Part shown: one piece after another, positions 37,504 through 45,698 of the stretch
How positions within the stretch are numbered: the stretch's first letter is position 1
Layout of the letters: each line of letters starts with the position of its first letter
From: Planctomycetales bacterium 4484_113
GTDB lineage: Bacteria; 4484-113
Reading direction: 5' to 3'
Length of the DNA: 53,198 nt
NCBI GenBank assembly: GCA_002050035.1
Contig: MVCR01000003.1
Location: forward strand, 1 to 53,198
Notes under the pieces: generated by a model
What the model was told of the DNA's origin: nothing
Databases searched by the model: none
Seen by the model: the letters and a program-made list of their open reading frames with translations, nothing else
Position numbers and translations under genes: made by a program

Positions 37504-37532
37504 TTGACATCCTGTAGCTGCGCTGGTAGTAT
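37504..37532 (+). promoter_or_regulatory. Near-consensus sigma70 promoter TTGACA-17-TAGTAT (P1) upstream of the orphan lipoprotein gene.
   Basis: Perfect -35 TTGACA at 37504-37509, 17-nt spacer, TAGTAT at 37527-37532. Confidence 0.5.
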
Positions 37533-37574
37533 GATGGATACCTGGCTTCTGGCGGGGGAAGTGTCGGACCAGGG

Positions 37575-37603
37575 TTGACGAGTGGTGGAGGATGGGCTAC
37601 AAT
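37575..37603 (+). promoter_or_regulatory. Second near-consensus promoter TTGACG-17-TACAAT (P2).
   Basis: TTGACG 37575-37580, 17-nt spacer, TACAAT 37598-37603. About 50 nt of leader follow, with SD AAGGAG 9 nt before the ATG at 37655. Confidence 0.5.
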
Positions 37604-37654
37604 TAGCCGTCAGACTTCCTCAACCAAATTTACTTTAAGAAGGAGTAGGTCATT

Positions 37655-38392
37655 ATGAGAAGACTGTTTGGTCTGATGGCAGTTGCCGCACTGGTGGCTG
37701 CATTTCTGGCCCTTGCGAGTTGCCACGGGTCTGGCGGGCGAAGCATCTATGCTCTGCCCGGAGGCTTCCTCGGTGGCTCACTGCTCCCCTACGTGGAGGG
37801 TGCTGATGCCGGCAATGTGCCGTTGACCTTCTCTGCGGACCAGGGAGCCTACTATCATGGCGACATGTCGCTGGGGGCGTGGGACGACGTATCCGCGGGC
37901 GGTTTTGTGTTCGTGAACGATACTACCGCCTTTGACATCTGGAATGACGCTGCTGGTAGCTACTACGACGATTTTGCGATGCTTGACACGAACGGCGATA
38001 CTTATGCGGACTTCGTCAACGTCTCGATGCGCGCGATGAGCACGGCGGCTGCGGAGACCGAGATTGGCGTTGGCTATGCCAAGATCGGTGGCGCCGCTTA
38101 TCAGCCGGATGACCTTTGGGTGGAGAACATGAACCTCTACCTGCCGATCAATCAGGCTTTCTATGATCGGGCGGTAACGGTCTATAAGTGGCAGCCGGCG
38201 CATAGCGCGTCGCAGGCTGGACAGAGCGGGGGTATGTGGACTCCACTGACTGGTGTGCAGTACTCGGTCCGCGCGCATCCGTATTCCGGCTTTGCTAACT
38301 ACTATGTTGTCGAGGTTCTGAACTACACTGGTTTCTTGGGTGAGTTCGGAGTCTTCATCCTGTATCACCAGGCCGGAGCTGGCGGCACCTAG
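37655..38392 (+). CDS. Hypothetical lipoprotein of unknown function.
   Basis: Signal and lipobox MRRLFGLMAVAALVAAFLALASC. Asp/Tyr/Gly-rich mature region with no recognisable enzymatic motif. One Asp-rich Ca-loop-like segment DTNGDTYAD. Confidence 0.65.
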   Translation: MRRLFGLMAVAALVAAFLALASCHGSGGRSIYALPGGFLGGSLLPYVEGADAGNVPLTFSADQGAYYHGDMSLGAWDDVSAGGFVFVNDTTAFDIWNDAAGSYYDDFAMLDTNGDTYADFVNVSMRAMSTAAAETEIGVGYAKIGGAAYQPDDLWVENMNLYLPINQAFYDRAVTVYKWQPAHSASQAGQSGGMWTPLTGVQYSVRAHPYSGFANYYVVEVLNYTGFLGEFGVFILYHQAGAGGT

Positions 38393-38438
38393 AGGCACTA
38401 GCCTAACTTTGGGCCTTTATTACTCTGTTGCCTAGACC

Positions 38439-38480
38439 GGGGACGGGCGAGTGCGTGCTCGCCTGTCCCCTTCTGCTTGT
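38439..38480 (+). terminator. Rho-independent terminator after the lipoprotein gene.
   Basis: Stem GGGGACGGGCGAG / CTCGCCTGTCCCC (one G:U) with loop TGCGTGC, followed by TTCTGCTTGTGCT. Confidence 0.5.
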
Positions 38481-38605
38481 GCTATACTTGGATCCGTGAG
38501 AGAAATCTATCGCATCACCGCAATCGTCTTCGTGGGTTCGGCGGTGGGCTTGGCGTTTGCGGGCTTAGTGTATCTTTTCTGGGTAATCGCACCAGGGGGA
38601 CCCAG

Positions 38606-39016
38606 GTGAGGACGGAACGGCTGGTTTTGTCTTTTAGCCCGGAGTCCATCCGGAAGCCGGTGACTTACCTCTTAGTGAGCAACTACAAGCTCCGGCTCAA
38701 TATCCTCCGAGCCAAGGTGAAACCTGGGGAGGAGGGTCGACTCCTGCTGGAGATTTCCGGCGACGAAGAGAGAATTAGGGAAGGTCTTGATTACCTCGCC
38801 TCCATGGGGGTTCGCATGGAACCTGTGGAACGTTTCTTCACCGTTAACCACGCGCGTTGCGTGGGCACGAAGGAGTGCTTCAAGGTGTGCCCGACCAATG
38901 CCATAATCCTCGAGCCTTCGCCGGACAAGAAGGTTGATATCCTTCCGGAGGAGTGTATTCTCTGCGAGAAGTGCGTGGACGTCTGCCCGCAGCAGGTTTT
39001 CAACTTCAGCTTCTAA
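38606..39016 (+). CDS. NIL-domain / 4Fe-4S ferredoxin fusion protein.
   Basis: NIL domain (ERLVLSFSPESIRKPVTYLLVSNYKLRLNILRAKV...LLLEISGDEERIREGLDYLASMGVRME), then two Cys clusters CVGTKECFKVCP and CILCEKCVDVCP. GTG start at 38606 with AGGGGG upstream. The ORF-track TTG at 38477 gives a low-complexity N-terminus and is not used. Confidence 0.65.
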   Translation: MRTERLVLSFSPESIRKPVTYLLVSNYKLRLNILRAKVKPGEEGRLLLEISGDEERIREGLDYLASMGVRMEPVERFFTVNHARCVGTKECFKVCPTNAIILEPSPDKKVDILPEECILCEKCVDVCPQQVFNFSF

Positions 39017-39043
39017 CTCTGCGTGGCCGAGTCTGCTGTGGAT

Positions 39044-40780
39044 TCAGGCTCTGCTTTCCTGGTGGCGCCCCCAAACCCTCACCATGGCTTCAACCATTTC
39101 TCCTTCTGTGGCTCCGGCACGGACACAGTCGATAATGCGCTCGGAGATGCTATCATGAGACTCGCAAGCGCGGGTGAGTGCATCCAGGCGTCTTTCCAGT
39201 TCGGCTTCGGTGAATCGCGGCACGTATGCAGGTCGGTGGGCGAGATATTCTTCCAGCCGTGCGCGTTGTCTTTGCTCAGCTGCCTCCAAAGCTGAGCGAA
39301 GGGATGAGAGTGGGGAAGCTGCAGGTATTTTCTTGTCCTGCTCGGCTTCACCGGCATTGTCCGATTCTTGGTAGCAGTTGTGTCCAACCAGCAGCCGCCG
39401 TTTTGCCTCCACATCCTGCTGCCACTCGTACGCTTTCTGGTGGATCTCCGCCTGCGGGTATCCTTTCTCGATGGCTGCCTTCATTCCGCCCATCTCATCG
39501 ATAATGCGAAGGTACTTGGCGGCTTCAACTTCCAGCCTGTCGGTAATGTCCTCTATCAGATAACCTCCTGCGAGTGGGTCAGTGCTGGCGGTAACACCGC
39601 TTTCCTCGGCGATGATCTGCTGCGTCCGCAGGGCGATGGTCACGCTTTCCTCGGTGGGAAGGTTCAGTGCTTCGTCATAGGAGTTGGTGTGCAGGCTCTG
39701 CGTGCCCCCGAGAACAGCCGCCAGCGCCTGTAACGTCACTCGCACGACGTTATTCAAAGGCTGCTGCGCCATAAGCATACTCCCGGCGGTTTGCGTGTGA
39801 AAGCGCAGACGCATGCTGCGCTCATCGCGGGCCTTGAAACGCTCTTTCACGATACGCGCCCACATGCGGCGGGCCGCCCGGAACTTGGCGACTTCTTCAA
39901 GCAGATTGCTGTGCGCGTTGAAGAAGAAAGACAGCCTGCCAGCGAAGCTGTCGATGTCCAGTCCGGCTCGCACCGCCTGCTCGCAGTATTCCACCGCATC
40001 TGCGAGAGTGAATGCGATCTCCTGGGCTGCGGAGCAGCCCGCCTCACGGAGGTGGTAACCGGATACGCTGATCATGTTCCAGCGGGGCATCTCGCGGCTG
40101 CAGAAGCGAAAGGTGTCCACGGTCAGCGCGAGCGACGGTTCTGGCGGGAAGATGTAGGTGCCGCGGGCCATGTATTCCTTAAGGATATCGTTCTGGATGG
40201 TGCCTCCCAGCTCCCTCCGGTTCACTCCCTGCTCTTCCGCCAGCACCACATACTGCGCGAGTAGAATCGCTGCTGGCGCGTTGATGGTCATTGATGTCGT
40301 TACTTCACCCAGGGGGATGTTCGCGAACAGCTCGCGCATATCCTCAAGCGTGTCTACCGGCACGCCGACTCGCCCGACTTCGCCTTCGGCAAGAGGGTGA
40401 GTCGAGTCGTATCCCATCTGCGTGGGGAGGTCGAAGGCGACCGACAGCCCTGTCTGCCCGCTTTCGAGCAGGTAGCGGTATCGAGCATTGGTCTCCGCGG
40501 CGGTGCCGAAACCCGCATACTGGCGCATCGTCCACAGGCGCCCGCGGTACATCGTAGGATTCACGCCTCGTGTGAACGGGTACTCACCGGGAAAGCCCAG
40601 CTTGGCGAGGTACTTATCCTGTCCCGAAGCGGAAAGCTCCTGTTCGTTTGGAAGCGCCAGGTCAGGTGGTTCGAAGCCGCTGGTGGAGGTGAAGTGCGCT
40701 TCCCGCTGGCGTGCGCCCTCGGCAAACGGGTTATGCACTTCTTGGCGCCACTTGTTGAAAGCAGTCTTGAGTTTTCCCAT
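39044..40780 (-). CDS. Methylmalonyl-CoA mutase family, catalytic (CoA-binding TIM-barrel) large subunit only. Split type: there is no B12-binding domain.
   Basis: MCM alpha N-domain motifs ([61 protein letters not shown]). 578 aa. It ends without the C-terminal DxHxxG B12-binding module. Confidence 0.85.
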   Translation of the reverse strand: MGKLKTAFNKWRQEVHNPFAEGARQREAHFTSTSGFEPPDLALPNEQELSASGQDKYLAKLGFPGEYPFTRGVNPTMYRGRLWTMRQYAGFGTAAETNARYRYLLESGQTGLSVAFDLPTQMGYDSTHPLAEGEVGRVGVPVDTLEDMRELFANIPLGEVTTSMTINAPAAILLAQYVVLAEEQGVNRRELGGTIQNDILKEYMARGTYIFPPEPSLALTVDTFRFCSREMPRWNMISVSGYHLREAGCSAAQEIAFTLADAVEYCEQAVRAGLDIDSFAGRLSFFFNAHSNLLEEVAKFRAARRMWARIVKERFKARDERSMRLRFHTQTAGSMLMAQQPLNNVVRVTLQALAAVLGGTQSLHTNSYDEALNLPTEESVTIALRTQQIIAEESGVTASTDPLAGGYLIEDITDRLEVEAAKYLRIIDEMGGMKAAIEKGYPQAEIHQKAYEWQQDVEAKRRLLVGHNCYQESDNAGEAEQDKKIPAASPLSSLRSALEAAEQRQRARLEEYLAHRPAYVPRFTEAELERRLDALTRACESHDSISERIIDCVRAGATEGEMVEAMVRVWGRHQESRA

Positions 40781-40864
40781 AGGCCCCTCAAGGGAACTTT
40801 TTGTTCGCTCGTGAGTCTGATATTATAGGGGCAACGGTATTGCTGCTGTGAATCCGGGATATCT

Positions 40865-41182
40865 GTGTCGCGTGAGAGGAACAATTGGCGTTTCAGTATG
40901 AGCTTTCGGGAGGACTTCGAGTTCTCACCGCAAAGCCCTGAGCAGTTCTTCGTGCGCGCCATGGAATCGGGGGAGCCCATCTACATCACCGATGAGTTCT
41001 TGACCCGCGTGGGGAGTATCAGCCCGGATGAGCTTGTGGATAAGATCATCGCTGACTTGCACCGCGATTCGGCGGAGCAGCCAACCGACCCCACGCTGCA
41101 GTGGTTCTACCTGTTCATGGATTTCCGGGAGGATTTCCCTCGCCTGATGCAGCTTCTTTCCGAGAGAACCGAGCATGCCTGA
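40865..41182 (+). CDS. Hypothetical small protein with an internal FREDF repeat.
   Basis: No recognisable domain. It contains SFREDFEFSP and DFREDFPRL. Alternative start ATG 40898. Confidence 0.35.
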   Translation: MSRERNNWRFSMSFREDFEFSPQSPEQFFVRAMESGEPIYITDEFLTRVGSISPDELVDKIIADLHRDSAEQPTDPTLQWFYLFMDFREDFPRLMQLLSERTEHA

Positions 41183-41279
41183 AGCGCCTGCTAGGCGGTC
41201 GCTACTGGTGTTGATTCTAGTTGCACCCATGGTTCTTGATACTTCTCACTTGCGACGCGGAGCGATGCGTTGAGCTCGG

Positions 41280-41308
41280 TTGCGACGGTGGATGGTTTAG
41301 GTTATACT
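41280..41308 (+). promoter_or_regulatory. Candidate promoter TTGCGA-17-TATACT in the 292-nt intergenic region.
   Basis: TTGCGA 41280-41285, 17-nt spacer, TATACT 41303-41308. Confidence 0.3.
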
Positions 41309-41374
41309 CTCTGCGGTTAGTTCGCTAACCCTCCTAACCTAGGCGTGCGGCGGCCTGCTAGGGTTGCCGTATAC

Positions 41375-41410
41375 GGGGACCGGCCAGAGCGGTCCCCTTC
41401 TTGCCCTTTC
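41375..41410 (+). terminator. Rho-independent terminator (plus orientation) inside the intergenic region.
   Basis: Perfect 8-bp stem GGGGACCG / CGGTCCCC with a 7-nt loop, followed by TTCTTGCCCTTTCT. Confidence 0.55.
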
Positions 41411-41474
41411 TGACCTGTCACGTGCTTCTGGCAGCCGAACCGTGTAGAATAGTCTCGTCTCAAGGGAGGTCACT

Positions 41475-42194
41475 ATGCGGATGAAGCAACTGATATCTAA
41501 TATCTCTGTAGTGGTGGTCGCACTGCTGCTGACCATTTCGGGGGTCGTTGCCAATGACAGTGCTTCCGGTCGTAATGGCAATGCCTCGGTGGATGCTGAG
41601 TCGGTGACCGATGCCGAAGCAGAAGGCGGCGATGATATTGGGGCGCAGGTCCCGCCGGCGGAGGAGTCCAACGCAGAGCCGAGAGGTCCTCGTTTCAGAA
41701 GTGTCGGCATTCTCCCTGTGCAGAACGAGACTCGCGTGATGCATGGCGGCGAACAGGTGATGCGGATTCTGCTTGGCCGGCTGGAGCGTAAGTTCCGAGA
41801 CGTGAAGTTCGTGCGTATCGATCCTGAAGAGGATGAGAGCTATCCCGGAGGGCCCATCCTGCTAACAGAGGCTAAGCGCCTGGGCGAGAAGCACCAGGTG
41901 GATGCGCTTATCGATGGCACCTTTCTGGGTTACGAGGTTAGCGGTGGCACTTGGCCGTCACGAGCCACCATCTATCCGGAGGCGCGAGCGATCATCCGCC
42001 TGCGAGTCATCAGAACTTCGGACGGCACCCTCTTCAAGTACTACACGCACAAGCCGAAGAAGATGAAGACTTACTCGCCTTCTATCCGCACTGAGCGCGA
42101 ACTCTTTGGTCGGGTCGTGCGCGACGCCATCGACGAGTTGGCGAAGCAGATGAAGCAGGATGGTGTCTTCTGGGAGCCCGAAAGGAAGGAGTAG
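41475..42194 (+). CDS. Hypothetical secreted protein (LpoB/CsgG-like 'VLPxxNxT' fold motif, weak).
   Basis: Signal peptide MRMKQLISNISVVVVALLLTISGVVA. Acidic linker. Then SVGILPVQNETRV...VDALIDGTFLGYEVSGG. SD GGGAGG 8 nt upstream. tmk follows after 3 nt. Confidence 0.5.
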   Translation: MRMKQLISNISVVVVALLLTISGVVANDSASGRNGNASVDAESVTDAEAEGGDDIGAQVPPAEESNAEPRGPRFRSVGILPVQNETRVMHGGEQVMRILLGRLERKFRDVKFVRIDPEEDESYPGGPILLTEAKRLGEKHQVDALIDGTFLGYEVSGGTWPSRATIYPEARAIIRLRVIRTSDGTLFKYYTHKPKKMKTYSPSIRTERELFGRVVRDAIDELAKQMKQDGVFWEPERKE

Positions 42195-42197
42195 CGA

Positions 42198-42899
42198 ATG
42201 CCGGGGCGCGGAGTGCTCATCAGCTTCGAGGGCGGCGAGGGCAGTGGGAAGTCCACGCAGGCGGCACGTCTCCTCGACCATCTGACGAAGCAGGGCATTG
42301 ACGCGATACTGACCCGCGAGCCCGGAGGAACTCCGCTTGGCGACTGGGTGCGACGTCTTCTGCTCGCCCGTCCCGATGTGGCTTCTGCTCCTGAAGAAGG
42401 AAATCCCACGCTGCCTGCAACTGCGCTCACTCCAGTGGAGGAGTTCCTCCTCTTCTCGGCGGCGCGTGCCTCTCTGGTGAGCAAGGTGATCCGTCCGGCT
42501 CTGGAGCAAGGGAGAGTTGTCCTCGTCGACCGCTACTATCACTCGAGCTACGCTTACCAGAGCGCGGGTGGTCTCGAGATCGCCTGGATGTGCGAAGTCA
42601 CCGAGCGGGTAGTAGGCGACTGCGTTCCCGACTTGGTGATACTGCTGGATCTTCCGGCTGAGCAGGGATTTGCCCGTAACCGCGGGGAGAATGGCACAGA
42701 GACTCCCGATCGTTTTGAAATGCGCGGACTGGCGTTCCATCAGCGAGTGCGCGAGGCTTATCTGCAGCTTGCATCGGCGGAGCCGGAGCGAATCCGCGTG
42801 GTGGATGCCGGTGCGGAGTCCGGCGCAGTGTTCTCCGAAGTTGAGAGCATCGTGGGGATGTTACTTGCCACCCGCGGGATGCAGCCGGAGAGGAAGTAG
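42198..42899 (+). CDS. tmk: Thymidylate (dTMP) kinase.
   Basis: P-loop ISFEGGEGSGKST. TREPGGT motif. DRYYHSSYAYQ lid region. Confidence 0.9.
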   Translation: MPGRGVLISFEGGEGSGKSTQAARLLDHLTKQGIDAILTREPGGTPLGDWVRRLLLARPDVASAPEEGNPTLPATALTPVEEFLLFSAARASLVSKVIRPALEQGRVVLVDRYYHSSYAYQSAGGLEIAWMCEVTERVVGDCVPDLVILLDLPAEQGFARNRGENGTETPDRFEMRGLAFHQRVREAYLQLASAEPERIRVVDAGAESGAVFSEVESIVGMLLATRGMQPERK

Positions 42900-42915
42900 G
42901 ATGCCGTTGACATGG

Positions 42916-43533
42916 CTACGGGTGGTAAGTGGTCAGGTCGACGAGCCGGAGGAGTCTTCGCCGCCGCAAATGCCTTGCATCCAACCAGATGAGGTAAGCG
43001 GCAATCATCATGGTTCCCACTGAAGCGCACGCGTCAGCTACATTGAAAATGGGAAAATCATAGTTGATGATGGGGATGACGGTGTCGATGAAATCCACTA
43101 CCAGCTTCAGGCGGAAGCGGTCCACCAGGTTCCCTATCGCACCCCCCATAACCAGTCCCAACGATAGCGTGAGGTAAGAGCTACGACTGCCGAAGGAGCG
43201 CCAAAGCCACCAGATGAGCAGGCAGAGCGCCAGCGATACGAGTGACAGTTCAAGCGGATGCCCCTTCAGCAGTCCCCACGCCATCCCGTCGTTGGTCGTG
43301 AAGTTGAGCTGGCAGTAGCGTCCGAGGATGTGGAAGGTGCGCCCGCTGCTCCGATACGGGAACTTCCAGAAAAGGGTGAAGTAGCGGGTGAGGAACTGCC
43401 CCAGGTCGCGCTCGGCGGCCCGGCCAAGGAAGTAGACTGCGAGCGGCTTGCTTGCCTGGTCGATGATGAAAACCACGAATGCGGTGGCCAGAAATGGGCG
43501 TATGAGATACCGGATGGAGCGGCCCGCGGGCAC
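42916..43533 (-). CDS. lspA: Lipoprotein signal peptidase II.
   Basis: Four TM helices. Catalytic Asp motifs including FNVADACASVG. Confidence 0.9.
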   Translation of the reverse strand: MPAGRSIRYLIRPFLATAFVVFIIDQASKPLAVYFLGRAAERDLGQFLTRYFTLFWKFPYRSSGRTFHILGRYCQLNFTTNDGMAWGLLKGHPLELSLVSLALCLLIWWLWRSFGSRSSYLTLSLGLVMGGAIGNLVDRFRLKLVVDFIDTVIPIINYDFPIFNVADACASVGTMMIAAYLIWLDARHLRRRRLLRLVDLTTYHP

Positions 43534-43541
43534 GGTGCCCC

Positions 43542-43931
43542 TCAGGCTGCACCCTTCTCGACTTCTTCCACTTCAACCTGGCACTTATAGCAGAACTTGG
43601 CCCATGGAATCGTCTTGAGACGTGCCCGGTCGATGGAGGCGCCGCACTTCTGGCAGATCCCGTAGTAGCCTTCGCCAATTGCGTCTAGCGCGTCATCGAT
43701 CTGCTGGAGCGAAGACTCGAGCTGGCGGACCAGCATTTCGTCCTTCTCAATCTCGCTGGACTCCGTGATGAAGTCGCTATCGGGATCGCCCGAGTTGCGT
43801 TCAAAAACCCGGTCTTCATCGAGGCTCTTCTTGATCTTCTTGCGGAGACCGGCGACCTGCTTATCAATCTTGGCGTGTTCCGCCTCCAGCAGCTGCCGGA
43901 AGTACTCGATGTCCTTTTCTCTTAATGCCAT
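43542..43931 (-). CDS. DksA/TraR-family C4 zinc-finger protein.
   Basis: Coiled-coil N-terminus. C-terminal CxxC-N17-CxxC (YGICQKCGASIDRARLKTIPWAKFCYKCQ). Start at internal ATG 43931 (MALREKD...). Confidence 0.8.
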   Translation of the reverse strand: MALREKDIEYFRQLLEAEHAKIDKQVAGLRKKIKKSLDEDRVFERNSGDPDSDFITESSEIEKDEMLVRQLESSLQQIDDALDAIGEGYYGICQKCGASIDRARLKTIPWAKFCYKCQVEVEEVEKGAA

Positions 43932-43935
43932 TTGA

Positions 43936-44718
43936 CTAGCTCCTATCAATCCCGAAGAGGCGAAGGGAGTTAGTTAGTAGCTTAATTCTAACGATTTCTG
44001 GCGATTTTTCAAGCGCAAGGGCCATTTGAGCTACGGTCTCAACGAGATATGCCGGCTCGTTAGTACTGCCACGGCGCGGCTGTGGAGTCAGCCATGGCGC
44101 ATCCGTCTCCACGACAATCTTGTCCATCGGGGCGAGCCGCAATGTGGCGCGCAGATTCTGTGCCCGGGGATATGTCAGGTTGCCGGCGTAGCTGACGAAG
44201 AAGTCCCGCTCGGTGGCGAATCGGAGTGTGCGCTTGCTGCCGTCAAAGCAGTGGAAGACCCCGCGGGCATGAGGAATTTCCTGGAGTATCGAGAGTATTT
44301 CGCTGCCAGCATCACGGTTATGGATGATTACTGGGATGTCGTAGGCGGCAGCCCATTCTACTTGCAGCCGAAACGCTTCCATCTGGGCCGTTTCGAGGTC
44401 AGAGTCGATCCTGCCGCTGCGGCGGTGCCGGAAGTCGAGACCGATTTCCCCAACTGCCACGAACCTCGGATCTCCCGCGAAAGGGGTAAGGAAGCTCTCC
44501 GGGTCAATCGGGTCCCTGCTCTTGACCTCACTTGGGTGAAGCCCTGCAGCGAAGTAGACTTGGTTGAACCGTCCTGCGAGCTTCTGCGCCTCCCGTGAGG
44601 TCTCGGCATTGATTCCCGGCACAACCATGCGTTCCACGTGGGCGGCGCGAGCGTGGGCCACAACCTCGTCTATTCGCTCAATCAGCCCTTCCCAGTAGAT
44701 GTGGCAGTGCGTGTCCAT
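43936..44718 (-). CDS. tatD: TatD-family metal-dependent hydrolase (DNase).
   Basis: MDTHCHIYW..., then VIIHNRDAG and FHCFDGS motifs. Start chosen at internal ATG 44718. The ORF-track N-terminal 45 aa is not conserved-looking. Confidence 0.85.
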   Translation of the reverse strand: MDTHCHIYWEGLIERIDEVVAHARAAHVERMVVPGINAETSREAQKLAGRFNQVYFAAGLHPSEVKSRDPIDPESFLTPFAGDPRFVAVGEIGLDFRHRRSGRIDSDLETAQMEAFRLQVEWAAAYDIPVIIHNRDAGSEILSILQEIPHARGVFHCFDGSKRTLRFATERDFFVSYAGNLTYPRAQNLRATLRLAPMDKIVVETDAPWLTPQPRRGSTNEPAYLVETVAQMALALEKSPEIVRIKLLTNSLRLFGIDRS

Positions 44719-44852
44719 GAGTGGCGCTTGGATCGGCTGTTGCTCCACGCACTTATTATGCCATTCAGTCGGGCGGATCGTGGAATCTGCCGTCTTGATT
44801 TTTCGTGCGGATGCGCCTATTGTAGGCGTAACCATAACCAGGAGGAAGCTCA

Positions 44853-45695
44853 ATGGAAATCGCCAAGGTGGGCATTGCCGGTTTCGGCACCATGGGCAGT
44901 GAGATTGCCCTGGTGGCAGCGGCAGCAGACTGCGAAGTGAATGTCTACGAGATCGTCCCAGAAGTCATTGAACACAACCTGAGACGCCTTCCGAAAGTAC
45001 TTAGGATGATGAAACGCGAGAGCAGCGAGGAGGAGCGCACCAAGGTGATGGCTCGTATCGAGGCGAGCAGCGATCCCTCAAGCCTAGCCGATTGCGATAT
45101 CGTGATCGAGGCGGTCCTGGAGAAGCTAGAGCTAAAGAAAGACCTTCTCTCTCAGTTGGGCAAGGAGGTGAAGGAGGATGCTATTCTTGCCACCAACACC
45201 TCTAGCTTCGGCGTTACTCAGCTTGCGTCCGCCAGTGGGCGTCCGGACAGATTCCTCGGTTTGCACTTCTTCAATCCACCCTCGCAGATGCAACTGGTGG
45301 AAGTTGTGCCAGGGCTGCTGACCAGCGAGGCGACTCGGGATACTGCGATAGCTTTCGTGGAGAAGCTTGGCAAGAAGCCGGTGGTGGTGAAGGAAACGCC
45401 TGGCTTTGTCGTGAACCGCGTGCTGGTGGCCATGGCAGTAGAGGCGATGAGCCTGGTTGAGCATGGCATAGCCACGGTGAAGGAGGTTGACGATGCACTC
45501 CGACTGGGTGCCGGCTGGCCTCTGGGTCCTTTCAAGCTGGTAGACCTGGTGGGGCTCGACGTTTTCCTCCATGCCTGCGAGTCCATCTATAGCGAGACCG
45601 GCGATTCGAAGTTCCATCCTCCACTGATGCTTAAGCGCTACGTGAGCGCGGGACTTCTCGGGCGAAAGACAAGGCGTGGGTTCTATCAGTACTGA
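44853..45695 (+). CDS. 3-hydroxyacyl-CoA (3-hydroxybutyryl-CoA) dehydrogenase.
   Basis: Rossmann motif KVGIAGFGTMGSEIALVAA. Conserved NTSS and HFFNPP motifs. SD AGGAGG. Confidence 0.85.
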   Translation: MEIAKVGIAGFGTMGSEIALVAAAADCEVNVYEIVPEVIEHNLRRLPKVLRMMKRESSEEERTKVMARIEASSDPSSLADCDIVIEAVLEKLELKKDLLSQLGKEVKEDAILATNTSSFGVTQLASASGRPDRFLGLHFFNPPSQMQLVEVVPGLLTSEATRDTAIAFVEKLGKKPVVVKETPGFVVNRVLVAMAVEAMSLVEHGIATVKEVDDALRLGAGWPLGPFKLVDLVGLDVFLHACESIYSETGDSKFHPPLMLKRYVSAGLLGRKTRRGFYQY

Positions 45696-45698
45696 AGC

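Noticed and set aside
38477-38605. TTG-initiated 43-aa N-terminal extension of the NIL-ferredoxin ORF
   Set aside because: Arg/Gly low-complexity translation. A GTG at 38606 with an upstream AGGGGG begins exactly at the NIL domain.
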